This document shows, piece after piece, positions 8,911-18,360 of a DNA stretch of 34,521 nucleotides. Below the pieces are notes generated by a model. That model was not told the origin of the DNA. It saw only the letters and a list, made by a program, of their open reading frames with translations, and searched no databases. The stretch comes from an uncultured Bacteroidales bacterium. GTDB taxonomy: Bacteria; Bacteroidota; Bacteroidia; Bacteroidales; UBA7960. Both the position numbers and the translations under genes were made by a program. The DNA lies in NCBI GenBank assembly GCA_964601515.1, contig CAZRNU010000018.1, positions 1-34,521 on the forward strand. The letters are read 5' to 3'. Position 1 is the first letter of the stretch, and each line of letters starts with the position of its first letter.

Positions 8911-10047
8911 ATGAAGACAACACTTCCCTCATATCTTAAGATAGTTGTAATTCTTATAGGAATTACTCTTGCCGTATTCATAATGATGGAAGCAAAGTCA
9001 TTATTGGTTCCTATTCTTATTTCGGGTTTGATGGCGGTTTTAATTAGTCCCTTTACCTCATGGCTGGAAAGAAATAAGTTTCCAAAATATCTTTCTGTTT
9101 TTACAAGTGTATTGGGGTTGCTTTTGCTAATTGGGATTTTGTTGTTCTTCTTTTATAATCAGATTCTAGGTTTCGCAAAAGACATTTCACTTTTAGAAAG
9201 CCGTACATCAGAATTGATAAATGAAATCAATGCTTTAATTGAAAAATACTCGGATGCTGCAATACCATTATCTATGTCGCAAATGAAAGACGTGGCTTTT
9301 GGATATATTAGTGATAATGTTTCATCACTCACTCAAGGAATTATGGCAACAGCTTCTACTCTTACTATGTTGTTTATTATTCCGATTTACATTTACCTTT
9401 TTCTCTATTACAGGCATTTTCTTATTTCTTTTTTACTTAAAGCATTTGGAGAGTCGCATAATGAAAGAGTAAACAATGCTATTCATAAAATCAGACAAGT
9501 AATCAAGAACTATGTCAAGGGTATGTTTCTGGTTATTATAATTCTTGCTGTTTTAAATACTGCAACTTTATATGCTTTTGGAATAAAACATGCATTACTT
9601 TTTGGAGTTTTTGCTGCAATGTTGAATGTTATTCCATTCTTGGGTCCGATTTTGGGTTCAGCTCTACCTATTTTTTACGCGCTTCTAACAAAAGACTCTC
9701 TTTGGTATCCAATTGGGATTTTGATTAGTTTTTATATAATACAACTTTTTGAAAGCAACTTGTTTACACCGAAAATTGTCGGGGGCAAAGTTTCAATGAA
9801 CCCATTAATGACAATTTTGGCACTGTTTATTGGCAATTTCATTTGGGGATTAGCAGGTATGATACTTTTTATCCCCGGATTGGCTATTTTAAAAGTAATA
9901 TTTGATGAAATACCAGGCATGGAACCATATGGATATCTTTTGGGAAACGTAAATGCTGAGAAGAAGGAAAATCGCCGAAAGAAGATGGAGGAGAAGATAA
10001 TGCAAGTTGGTAAAAAATTAATAAAAAAAAAGCAGCCGGTTAAATAA
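8911..10047 (+). CDS. AI-2E family transporter (PerM / UPF0118 membrane protein)
   Basis: 378 aa. About 8 predicted TM helices. Conserved C-terminal block PKIVGGKVSMNPLMTILALFIGNFIWGLAGMILFIPGLAI typical of AI-2E/YhhT-like proteins. Confidence 0.75.
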   Translation: MKTTLPSYLKIVVILIGITLAVFIMMEAKSLLVPILISGLMAVLISPFTSWLERNKFPKYLSVFTSVLGLLLLIGILLFFFYNQILGFAKDISLLESRTSELINEINALIEKYSDAAIPLSMSQMKDVAFGYISDNVSSLTQGIMATASTLTMLFIIPIYIYLFLYYRHFLISFLLKAFGESHNERVNNAIHKIRQVIKNYVKGMFLVIIILAVLNTATLYAFGIKHALLFGVFAAMLNVIPFLGPILGSALPIFYALLTKDSLWYPIGILISFYIIQLFESNLFTPKIVGGKVSMNPLMTILALFIGNFIWGLAGMILFIPGLAILKVIFDEIPGMEPYGYLLGNVNAEKKENRRKKMEEKIMQVGKKLIKKKQPVK

Positions 10048-10064
10048 CTATGGCTGCTTTTTAC
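10029..10064. terminator. Bidirectional rho-independent terminator between the AI-2E transporter (+) and flotillin (-) genes
   Basis: AAAGCAGCC (10029-10037), 14-nt loop containing the TAA stop, GGCTGCTTT (10052-10060), then TTT. The reverse strand reads as a stem followed by a 9-T run. Confidence 0.65.
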
Positions 10065-10099
10065 TTTCATTAATAGGAAAGAAATCCTAAATTTAAAGA

Positions 10100-11566
10100 T
10101 TACTTAACTGGATTTTTTCCACCTTGTTTTTCATTTGATTGCTTCTTGGATGTTTGTTGTTCTTTATCCGCTATTTGGGGTTTCTGTACATTTTGAACTT
10201 TGTCAATGCTTTTTCCTTTTAAATAATCAGGAAGTTCCAATCCTGCCATTCTGAATAATTCCTCAAATGGTGGAATAGAGCCAAGCATTCCTGACAGGAA
10301 ATTGGCAGTGGCCGGACTTTTACCATCCTTCCCCGAACCCATATTGTCCCAAACAGTTACTTTGTCAATTTTTAGATTTTTGATTGCTTCTACCTGAGTT
10401 TTGACCAATTCCGGTAGTTTATCAGCAATCATCATCATTACTGCATCTTTCGAATTACCTGTGGCAGTTGTAAGTTTTTCAAAGCCTTCAGCTTGTTTAG
10501 ATAGTATTTCAAAGGTACCATTTGCTTGAGCTTGCATTTTCATATAAATAGCATCTGCTTCACCTCTGGCTTCTCTACGCGTTTGTTCTGCAAAAGCTTC
10601 TGCGTCAATCTCCATTTTTTCTTTATTTATTTGAGATGGAACGACAATATCAGCTTTTTGTGTTGCCATTTCTCTTTCGGCACGTGCTACTTCTGCTTTC
10701 ATTTCAGCAGCATAGGCTTCTTCGAGGGCTTTTGCACTTGTAACTTTTTCGGCAGCAACAGCTTTTCTTTCAGCTTCTGCTTCATTTTCACGACGAGTGG
10801 CATTTGAATTTGCAATAGTTATTTTTGCCTGGTTTTCTCCTTCAACTGCTGTAGCATCAGCCTGAGACACCTCGATTCTTTGATCTCTTAAAGCATTTGC
10901 TTCACCGATAGAACCATCCCTGTTTTTTTCTGCAACGCTTTTCTTTGCATCATTTATAGCTTTTGCAGCGGCTTCCTTACCAAGAGCCTCAATATAACCT
11001 GATTCATCATTGATGTCGGTAACGTTTACGTTAATAAGTTTCAAGCCGATTTTTTTCAATTCAGCTTCTACGTTTGCAGACACAGCTGCTAAAAATTTAT
11101 CACGGTTATTGTTGATTTCTTCAATTTCCATAGTTGCAACGACCAAACGCAACTGTCCGAAAATAATATCTTTTGCAAGGTTGCTAACATCTTCCTGCGT
11201 TAGTCCTAGCAAGCGCTCAGCAGCATTATCCATTATGCCCGGTTCGGTTGAAATACCAACTGTAAATCTTGAAGGAACATCAACTCTGATGTTTTGCTGG
11301 CTTAAGGCATTTGTAAGATTAATTTCTATTGATAGAGGAGTAAGATTTAGGAAGGCATAATCCTGAATTACCGGCCAGATAAAGGCTGCACCACCATGAA
11401 TACATTTCGCTGATCTTGTTTCGTTAGATTTGCTTTTTCCCACTTTCCCAAATACAACCAAAACTCTGTCGGACGGACATCTTTTGTAGCGTTTTAATAG
11501 TGAAACAATGATAATGAAAATAAACACTACCAATGCAACAATTCCAAAAGTAATATACTGTGCCAT
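10100..11566 (-). CDS. Flotillin-like SPFH / band-7 protein (YqiK-like)
   Basis: 488 aa. N-terminal TM helix, SPFH domain, long Ala/Glu-rich coiled-coil (EAEAERKAVAAEK..., AEVARAEREMATQKAD). Pairs with the upstream NfeD-like gene as in yqiJ-yqiK. Confidence 0.85.
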   Translation of the reverse strand: MAQYITFGIVALVVFIFIIIVSLLKRYKRCPSDRVLVVFGKVGKSKSNETRSAKCIHGGAAFIWPVIQDYAFLNLTPLSIEINLTNALSQQNIRVDVPSRFTVGISTEPGIMDNAAERLLGLTQEDVSNLAKDIIFGQLRLVVATMEIEEINNNRDKFLAAVSANVEAELKKIGLKLINVNVTDINDESGYIEALGKEAAAKAINDAKKSVAEKNRDGSIGEANALRDQRIEVSQADATAVEGENQAKITIANSNATRRENEAEAERKAVAAEKVTSAKALEEAYAAEMKAEVARAEREMATQKADIVVPSQINKEKMEIDAEAFAEQTRREARGEADAIYMKMQAQANGTFEILSKQAEGFEKLTTATGNSKDAVMMMIADKLPELVKTQVEAIKNLKIDKVTVWDNMGSGKDGKSPATANFLSGMLGSIPPFEELFRMAGLELPDYLKGKSIDKVQNVQKPQIADKEQQTSKKQSNEKQGGKNPVK

Positions 11567-11596
11567 AATTTATGATTTAATGTTTATGAATTGTTT

Positions 11597-12193
11597 TTAT
11601 GATTTTTTTACGAGTAAGATATCTCCGTTTATAATATCGACCACTTCAACAAATGATCCGGTTGGAATTTGTTCTTCATCATCAGTCATAGCATCCATTG
11701 TGCGATATCCTTGCTGGTTTATTTGTATTTTCCCCATCCCACTTCTTTTAGGTGGAATAAAAAGATATACAGACGCTGTTTTCCCTTTAGCAGAGCTAAT
11801 ATTGAGGTTTCCGCTTTCAACGAGCTTCCCAAGAAAATAATAAATAGAAGCCATAATTAGCATCATGAGCAAGCCGGAGCTTGTAGAAATTAACAATATG
11901 GCCCAAAGTGCCAAGCCTCCGTATATGCAAGCTAATCCGACCCATCCGAATATAGTGAAAAATGCAAAGAAGTTTTTTATACTGATAAATTGAAACCCTA
12001 TTCCTGCATCTGATTCAACACTTACATCAGAGTTTCCGATTGCATCCAGCCCGTCGCCGTCGGCATCAGAACCGATTAATGTCATAATCAGCTGTATCAC
12101 AAATACCAATGAGGCAATTACAGCGATAATCCAGTAAATCATTTGTAGCGAAGATAGGTTTTCCCACCACGAATTAATGTCGAATAGTATCAT
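11597..12193 (-). CDS. NfeD-like membrane protein (YqiJ-like partner of flotillin)
   Basis: 198 aa. Several TM helices, then a C-terminal beta-rich OB-like tail GSFVEVVDIINGDILLVKKS. Sits directly upstream of the flotillin gene on the same strand. Confidence 0.65.
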   Translation of the reverse strand: MILFDINSWWENLSSLQMIYWIIAVIASLVFVIQLIMTLIGSDADGDGLDAIGNSDVSVESDAGIGFQFISIKNFFAFFTIFGWVGLACIYGGLALWAILLISTSSGLLMMLIMASIYYFLGKLVESGNLNISSAKGKTASVYLFIPPKRSGMGKIQINQQGYRTMDAMTDDEEQIPTGSFVEVVDIINGDILLVKKS

Positions 12194-12280
12194 TTTAATA
12201 AGTTTTTGCCTGTGAAATTAATTATTTTTAGAATACTGATTATGAAAATGATAAACTTTTTTGCAAAATATAATTTTGAA

Positions 12281-13045
12281 TTATAAAGTGGTTATTAATT
12301 CAAAATTGTAATTAATTTTATTCAAATACAAACCACATGCCGGCACTGAATAACCGGCCTTGGTGCGACTTTTTGCTTTTATAATATCCTCAAAATCTGA
12401 TTCCGTAATCTTACCTAAACCAACATCCATTAATGTACCGACTATTGCTCTTACCATATTTCTCAGAAATCTATCTGCAGTTATTTTAAATATCAGCAGA
12501 TTGTCTTCTTTTATCCATTCTGCAGATATTATTTTGCAATTGTTGGTTTTCGTTTGTGTGTTTGATTTTGAGAAGCTCGTAAAATCAGTATGCAAAAAAA
12601 GTATTTTTGTTGCTGATTGCATTTTCCCCAAATCGAGAGGTCTGCTATGGATCCATGCTCTGCCTTGTAGAAATGGGTCTTTCGTTGTGCTTATGTAGTA
12701 ATGATATGTACGGCTTATTGCATCAAACCTTGCGTGTGCGTCATTTTTAACGGGGAAAATATCTTGAATTGAAATGTCTTTTGGGAGAATGCTGTTTAGT
12801 TTAAAACCCAAGTTTTTCTTTTCAATCTTTTCTGCTGAAAATTTTGAATCGAAATGTGCGTAATATTCCTTGGCATGCACACCTGTATCTGTTCTACCGG
12901 CACCTGTCAATAATACATCCTCTCTTAAGATAGTTTTTAGAGCCTCTTCAATTGTTTGCTGCACAGTAATATCACCCGGCTGTATTTGCCACCCATGGTA
13001 GTTAGTCCCATCATAAGAGAGCCTTATAAAATATCTGTAGGGCAT
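12281..13045 (-). CDS. truA: tRNA pseudouridine(38-40) synthase TruA
   Basis: Catalytic motif GAGRTDTGVHA and conserved RxxYxY block (RTYHYYI). The ORF track begins at a TTG at 13078; the in-frame ATG at 13045 (MPYRYFIRLSYDG...) gives a typical TruA N-terminus. Confidence 0.9.
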   Translation of the reverse strand: MPYRYFIRLSYDGTNYHGWQIQPGDITVQQTIEEALKTILREDVLLTGAGRTDTGVHAKEYYAHFDSKFSAEKIEKKNLGFKLNSILPKDISIQDIFPVKNDAHARFDAISRTYHYYISTTKDPFLQGRAWIHSRPLDLGKMQSATKILFLHTDFTSFSKSNTQTKTNNCKIISAEWIKEDNLLIFKITADRFLRNMVRAIVGTLMDVGLGKITESDFEDIIKAKSRTKAGYSVPACGLYLNKINYNFELITTL

Positions 13046-13147
13046 ATTTTCCAATTGAACATTAAAGCAAAAATACAATTTTATATTGCATGAGTAATTG
13101 AAGATAATTCTTAATTTTACTGCTATTATTGAAATTATTATTCTGAT

Positions 13148-15235
13148 TTGAAAAGATTGTTTTTGCCTATTCGTTTAAGGCTTTATCTGCCTGTAAGTTT
13201 TATAATTACGATAATTGTAATTGTAATAACGGTGTTTTTTGTAAACAAGTCTATAAACATTATTGAATCGCAAATACTAAATAATCTTGATCTTGAAGTT
13301 CAGACAATTGAAAAAATGTTTGAGCGCGAAGCTGCATTTAAACTCGAGAAAGTTAAAACCAATCTTAAAGTTGCTTCAGCAATTTTTAGTAGTAGTGATT
13401 TTGTAATAGAGAATAAAGTATTTGATGCTGAAGTAACGAATCAGTTTAGCGGAGAATCTTATAAAACAAAACTAAAAAACTGGAAAATAGGCAATCGTAA
13501 GCTTTTTGGTGATGAAATGTTTGTTGATAGCTTGAAGAACTTGTTTGGCGGAACAATTACAATATTTCAAAGGATAGACAGTGGTTTTGTTAGAATGTCA
13601 ACCAATGTTCTGACTGCAGATAATAGTAGGGCTGTCGGCACATTTATTCCTATGAATTCTCCGGTGATAAAAGAGGTTCTTTCCGGAGAAACATACTTTG
13701 GGCGTGCTTTTGTAGTAAACGATTGGTATATTACAGCATACGAACCTATATATGTCAACAATGAAATTGTTGGAATTTTGTATGTAGGCGACAAAGAAAA
13801 AAACCTTGAAGATCTTAAAAATGTTTTGCAAAATCTAAAAATCGGGAAAAGTGGATATCCTTTTGTATTTAATAAAGATGGGTATTTATTGATACATCCT
13901 GAAAGAGCAGGTGAATTTTGGGGCGATAGTACTTTGTTCCTTCAGGTGAAAGAGATGAAAAATGGGCATTTAAAGTATAACTATCAAGGCGAAAATAAAA
14001 CTATGTCTTTCGTGTATTTTGAGCCTTTTGAAATATATATTGCTGCTGCTGTTTTCGATAAATTTGAAACGTATGAGCTAAGAAGAGATACTATTTTGGG
14101 TGCGGCTATTACTGGTGTATTAGCATTATTGCTTTTACTTGGATTTATTTACTATTTCACATCAGACCGTATTTATAAGTTTTTTACAGAACTTCAACAA
14201 TCGCAAAAGAAATTAGATACTGTTAGTCGTGCGTTGGAGGAGTCGGAGGAAAGGTTTAAAAAACTATTTGACAGCACCGGCGATGATATTTTTGTTACTG
14301 ACATAAACGAAAATATTGTTGAGGTAAATAATGCTGCTTGTGAAACTCTTGGTTATACTAAGGAAGAGCTACTAGGTATGAAAATAACTGAGATAAAGTC
14401 TGAAAAAGTTAAGGATAAAGTTTCAGAAAACAGAAGGATTATTTATGAAAAGGGAAGTTATTCTTTTGAATCGGAGCATGTTACAAAGGCCGGCGATGTT
14501 ATTCAAGTAGAGTTTCTTAGCAGAGTTGTAAGTTATGGTGATGAAAAGTTAATTCTTAGTGTTGTAAGAAATATAAGCAATAGGGTAGAGTCGGAAAGGC
14601 AAATTCTTAGTGCTATTATTCGTGGCGAAGAAAGAGAAAGAGAAAGGTTTGCCAAAGAAATGCATGATGGGTTAGGTCCATTACTTTCTACAATAAAGTT
14701 ATATGTAAATGAACTCGATTCTTTTTCAATGACCGAAACAGAAAGAAAGGATTTAATTAAACACTGTAATGAATTGCTTGACGATGCCGTAAATTCTACA
14801 AGAACAATATCAAATAATCTTATGCCAACAGTAATTCATTCTTACGGATTAATTAAGGCAGTGCAGGCATTTTGCGATAAGGTAAACAAAACAAATCTGC
14901 TAAAAATTGCATTTGAAACTGAAAATATTGAAGAGCGACTTGAAAGTGATCTTGAGTTGATATTTTTCAGAGTTATTAGCGAGCTTATTAATAATACCAT
15001 AAAACATGCTCAGGCTAAAAACATATATATAATGCTTATTAAATATGAAACCAGGCTGGTGTTGTATTTTAAAGATGACGGTGTTGGTTTTGTTGTTGAT
15101 GAAATCGTGAATTCAGAGAATAAGGGGATGGGTTTAAAAAACATAATAAGCAGGGTGAAGTCAATAAACGGAAAGTACAATTTTTATAGCACTCCCGGGT
15201 CAGGATTTACCCTTAAAATAGAGATATCAATATAA
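13148..15235 (+). CDS. Sensor histidine kinase: N-terminal TM, periplasmic Cache-like domain, second TM, PAS, HisKA_3 (NarL-type), HATPase_c
   Basis: 695 aa. TM helices at aa ~15-32 and ~305-330. PAS-like segment aa ~350-470. H-box EMHDGLGPLLS. ATPase G-boxes (KNIYIM...DDGVGF...GMGLKNI). TTG start at 13148; no in-frame ATG precedes the first TM helix. Confidence 0.85.
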   Translation: MKRLFLPIRLRLYLPVSFIITIIVIVITVFFVNKSINIIESQILNNLDLEVQTIEKMFEREAAFKLEKVKTNLKVASAIFSSSDFVIENKVFDAEVTNQFSGESYKTKLKNWKIGNRKLFGDEMFVDSLKNLFGGTITIFQRIDSGFVRMSTNVLTADNSRAVGTFIPMNSPVIKEVLSGETYFGRAFVVNDWYITAYEPIYVNNEIVGILYVGDKEKNLEDLKNVLQNLKIGKSGYPFVFNKDGYLLIHPERAGEFWGDSTLFLQVKEMKNGHLKYNYQGENKTMSFVYFEPFEIYIAAAVFDKFETYELRRDTILGAAITGVLALLLLLGFIYYFTSDRIYKFFTELQQSQKKLDTVSRALEESEERFKKLFDSTGDDIFVTDINENIVEVNNAACETLGYTKEELLGMKITEIKSEKVKDKVSENRRIIYEKGSYSFESEHVTKAGDVIQVEFLSRVVSYGDEKLILSVVRNISNRVESERQILSAIIRGEERERERFAKEMHDGLGPLLSTIKLYVNELDSFSMTETERKDLIKHCNELLDDAVNSTRTISNNLMPTVIHSYGLIKAVQAFCDKVNKTNLLKIAFETENIEERLESDLELIFFRVISELINNTIKHAQAKNIYIMLIKYETRLVLYFKDDGVGFVVDEIVNSENKGMGLKNIISRVKSINGKYNFYSTPGSGFTLKIEISI

Positions 15236-15246
15236 TTATTACATAT

Positions 15247-15897
15247 ATGAGCGGCAATAGTATTAAGGTTTTTATTGTAGATGACCATGAGATTTTTAGA
15301 AATGGGCTGAAAATGGTTTTAGGACGGCTTAAATATGTTGACCTTGCAGGTGAAGCAGAAAACGGGCAGGAGTTTGTCAATATGCTTAAGGAGGTTGTTC
15401 CTGATATTGTATTAATGGATATTGAAATGCCTGTTCTTAACGGTATAGAAGCATCAAAGACAGCACTGAAACTTCATCCCAAACTAAAAATAATTGCTCT
15501 AACAATGTTTGGTGATGATGAATATATTCAAAGCATGATGGATGTGGGGGCCAAAGGGTTTCTTATGAAAAATATTAATAAAGAAACTCTGGATAAAGCT
15601 ATTCTTACTGTTCATAATGGCGGAAATTATTACTCGGAAGAGTTGTTCGAGTTTTTTACGAAACAGTTTACAAAAGAAAAAGAATCACCTGAATCGGATT
15701 TAAACCTTACCCGCCGAGAAAAAGAAATATTACAACTTCTTTGCGAAGGTTTGAGTAACAAAGAGATTGCTGATGCTTTGTTTATAAGTGAACGCACTGT
15801 TTTAGGACATAAAACAAATCTTCTTACAAAAACCAACACCAAAAACTCATTAAGTTTGATGGCGTATGCTATTAAGAAGAAGCTGGTTGTTATTTAG
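15247..15897 (+). CDS. NarL/LuxR-family DNA-binding response regulator (REC + HTH_LuxR)
   Basis: 216 aa. VDDHEIFRNG...VLMDIEMP receiver. C-terminal LTRREKEILQLLCEGLSNKEIADALFISERTVLGHKTNLLTK LuxR-type HTH. 11 nt downstream of the kinase. Confidence 0.9.
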   Translation: MSGNSIKVFIVDDHEIFRNGLKMVLGRLKYVDLAGEAENGQEFVNMLKEVVPDIVLMDIEMPVLNGIEASKTALKLHPKLKIIALTMFGDDEYIQSMMDVGAKGFLMKNINKETLDKAILTVHNGGNYYSEELFEFFTKQFTKEKESPESDLNLTRREKEILQLLCEGLSNKEIADALFISERTVLGHKTNLLTKTNTKNSLSLMAYAIKKKLVVI

Positions 15898-15943
15898 GTT
15901 TAAGGTATAGGGTATTAGGTATAGGGTATTAGGTATTAGGTTG
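15895..15943. repeat. Heptamer tandem array (TAGGTTT AAGGTAT AGGGTAT TAGGTAT AGGGTAT TAGGTAT TAGGTTG). It fills the convergent gap between the response regulator stop (15895-97) and the hydE stop (15929-31), and overlaps the last 5 codons of hydE.
   Basis: Direct reading with period 7. Same unit family as the arrays at 18221-18255 and 33702-33757. Confidence 0.8.
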
Positions 15944-17011
15944 TCTTTCCAGGAATCTTTTAGAATCGCCCCACTCTCCATATCCTATTTCTGCACCCGC
16001 AAGTTTTATTCTACCTTCAATGCAGTTAGCACAATCTTCCGAGCTTTCATCTGTGCAAGGTTTATTCTCGTACAATTTATAATTGTCGCGGTAAATTCCT
16101 GGAGTTATGTTTGGCATTAAGATGTTTGCTCCAATGCGTATTGCTTTTTCTCTTCCAATTTTATCAATTGCCTGAAGAGCAGTGGTTGCAGCAATATTAA
16201 TGTCTTTCATCATTATTCTTAAAATTGCAACCATCTTTAGTGCTAGTCTGAAACGTTCTTCAAGTGGAATCAGGTTGTCTTTTTCTGAAAATAATGGTGT
16301 ATCGGCGTGCTCAATATATGGTCCCATGCCACACATGTCAATATCCATTTCTTTCATAAATAATAGATCATCTGCCAGATTTTCAATGGTTTGAAATGGC
16401 AACCCAATCATTACACCTGTTCCAACCTGAAATCCGATTTTCCTTAGTAATGATAAGCATTCAATCCTTTTTTCAAAACTATGGTTATTGTCGTTTGGAT
16501 GAAGTTTAGAATATAATTCTTTATTTGAAGCTTCAATACGCAACAGATATCTGTGAGCACCGGCATCATACCATTTGCGATATACTTCTTCAGTTTGTTC
16601 ACCACACGATAGTGTGATACCTAATTTGCCGTTAGATATCTCTTTTATTTGTTTTACCAGATTCTCAATTCTTGCAGTATTATTTTCACTTTGCAATTCA
16701 CCTGATTGAATAACAACAGAGCCGTAATTACTTTTTAAAGCAAAAGCAGCGGCTTCCAAAACTTCATTATCAGTTATATTATATCTTTCTACTTTCTTGT
16801 TGTCTCTTCTTATTCCACAATAATAACAGTTTTTTGAACAAATGTTAGACAGTTCTATTAAGCCTCTCAGATACACTTTATTCCCAATATAATCCTCTTT
16901 TACTTTTGATGATTTTTCGAAAATCAATTTCAAATCATCTTTTTCAGCATTAAGCAAAGTGATTAATTCATTTTTAGAGAAGCTCTCCTTATTTAAAATG
17001 TCTTTAACCAT
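15929..17011 (-). CDS. hydE: [FeFe]-hydrogenase maturase HydE (radical SAM, BioB-like)
   Basis: Radical-SAM CxxxCxxC (CSKNCYYCGIRR). Size and fold of BioB-like HydE. Sits with hydF and hydG. The ORF track start 17059 overlaps hydF by 56 nt; the ATG at 17011 (MVKDILNK...) gives an 8-nt overlap and is preferred. Confidence 0.8.
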   Translation of the reverse strand: MVKDILNKESFSKNELITLLNAEKDDLKLIFEKSSKVKEDYIGNKVYLRGLIELSNICSKNCYYCGIRRDNKKVERYNITDNEVLEAAAFALKSNYGSVVIQSGELQSENNTARIENLVKQIKEISNGKLGITLSCGEQTEEVYRKWYDAGAHRYLLRIEASNKELYSKLHPNDNNHSFEKRIECLSLLRKIGFQVGTGVMIGLPFQTIENLADDLLFMKEMDIDMCGMGPYIEHADTPLFSEKDNLIPLEERFRLALKMVAILRIMMKDINIAATTALQAIDKIGREKAIRIGANILMPNITPGIYRDNYKLYENKPCTDESSEDCANCIEGRIKLAGAEIGYGEWGDSKRFLERQPNT

Positions 17012-18215
17012 TGTTTTTTTGTTTAGTAAATGGTTGAGTAACTCTTTCAAAAATTCCATTAACCCAAGCTATAGCCATTCCATAGTTTGTAATTGGAATA
17101 TTTGCATGTTCGAATGGTTTTAGGCGAGAGATAATCTGTTTTCTTGTTACCATGCATCCGCCACATTGAATTACCATCTTGTAATTATGTATAGGTTTTT
17201 CAACAGCCGCAAGTCCTGCAACTATATCGAAGTTTAGCTTTTTTCCTGTATGATTTTCCAGCCAACGAGGAATCTTATGCCTTCCAATATCATCGCAACT
17301 TACGTGGTGAGTACAAGATTCAAGTATTAATAAGTTATCACCGTCTTCAAGCTTATCAATCATAGGTGTTCCGTTAAGAAATGCTTCGAAATCTCCTCTA
17401 AGCTTAGAAAAAACTATGCTGAAGCTTGTAAGCATTATATCGCTGGGAACAATTTTTGAAACAAAATTAAATACCTGACTGTCGGTAACAACAAGTGCTG
17501 GTTTTATGCCAAGTTTGAAAAAATCTTCCAACTCAGTTTCTTTAACCGACATACAAATACAATCATTATCAAGAACGTCTCTCCATGCCATAACCTGAGG
17601 CAAAATCATTCTTCCTTCCGGAGCTTCTGAATCAATAGGTGTAACCAGCAGTACAACATCTTTTGGCATTACAATCCCTTTAAATAATGAAGGTTTTGCA
17701 TAAGCAGTTTCCGGAATTGTTTTTTTTATTAAATCAACTAACTCATCAAAGTTGTTATGAACTTTGTTACTGAATGAGAAGGGTTTTTTACCTAGAAGGC
17801 TTAATATCTTTTCTGAAAAATCTTTTTCAAGGGGAACTATGTCTGACTTATTATGGATAATTATAAATGGTATTTCATAATAATTAAACTGATTAACAAG
17901 ACTTTCCTCGAATTCTCCATAAGTATTATCAGTGATTAGCATTATCCCAAGATCAATAACGGGAATCACTTGCAGTGTTTTCTCAATTCTAAGTTTTCCT
18001 AAATCACCAATATCGTCAATACCTGCTGTGTCAATAATTATTGCAGGACCAACTCCAAATATTTCAACTGACTTTTTAACAGGATCAGTTGTAGTTCCGG
18101 GATGGTCTGAAACAATCGCAATATTTTGCCCTGTGAGAAGATTGATAAATGAGCTTTTGCCATTGTTTCTTCTACCAAAAATTCCGATATGTGGTTTTAA
18201 ATCTTTGCCTTTCAT
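17004..18215 (-). CDS. hydF: [FeFe]-hydrogenase maturation GTPase HydF
   Basis: 403 aa. N-terminal G-domain (GRRNNGKSSFINLLTG, DTAG, NKSD). C-terminal cluster-binding CTHH...CGGC motif characteristic of HydF. Confidence 0.88.
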   Translation of the reverse strand: MKGKDLKPHIGIFGRRNNGKSSFINLLTGQNIAIVSDHPGTTTDPVKKSVEIFGVGPAIIIDTAGIDDIGDLGKLRIEKTLQVIPVIDLGIMLITDNTYGEFEESLVNQFNYYEIPFIIIHNKSDIVPLEKDFSEKILSLLGKKPFSFSNKVHNNFDELVDLIKKTIPETAYAKPSLFKGIVMPKDVVLLVTPIDSEAPEGRMILPQVMAWRDVLDNDCICMSVKETELEDFFKLGIKPALVVTDSQVFNFVSKIVPSDIMLTSFSIVFSKLRGDFEAFLNGTPMIDKLEDGDNLLILESCTHHVSCDDIGRHKIPRWLENHTGKKLNFDIVAGLAAVEKPIHNYKMVIQCGGCMVTRKQIISRLKPFEHANIPITNYGMAIAWVNGIFERVTQPFTKQKNNG

Positions 18216-18220
18216 TGAAT

Positions 18221-18255
18221 TTAGGTATTAGGTGTCAGGTATCAGGTATCAGGAT
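18221..18255. repeat. Heptamer tandem array TTAGGTA TTAGGTG TCAGGTA TCAGGTA TCAGGAT directly abutting the hydF start codon. On the coding (minus) strand it reads (CCTGATA)n...ATG.
   Basis: Direct reading with period 7. hydF ATG is the reverse complement of 18213-18215. Confidence 0.75.
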
Positions 18256-18261
18256 GTTCAT

Positions 18262-18345
18262 GCCTGAATAAGGTTGACCGTTTGTTTACTGCTTGTCATT
18301 CCGGGCGTAAGCGAGGAATCCCGTTATTCAGAGATTCTTCTTATT
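18262..18345. other. Nested inverted-repeat element in the hydG-hydF spacer. Outer stem CTGAATAA(GG)/(CC)gTTATTCAG encloses inner stem ATTCC-12 nt-GGAAT. A second TTATTCA copy follows.
   Basis: Outer arms 18264-18273 and 18321-18331. Inner arms 18298-18302 and 18315-18319. No U-run follows on either strand. Confidence 0.4.
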
Positions 18346-18360
18346 CAAAGTTGTTAGTTC

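Noticed and set aside
17012-17059. 56-nt overlap of hydE with hydF using the longest ORF
   Set aside because: The internal ATG at 17011 gives a conventional 8-nt overlap. The longer form is more likely an ORF-caller artefact.
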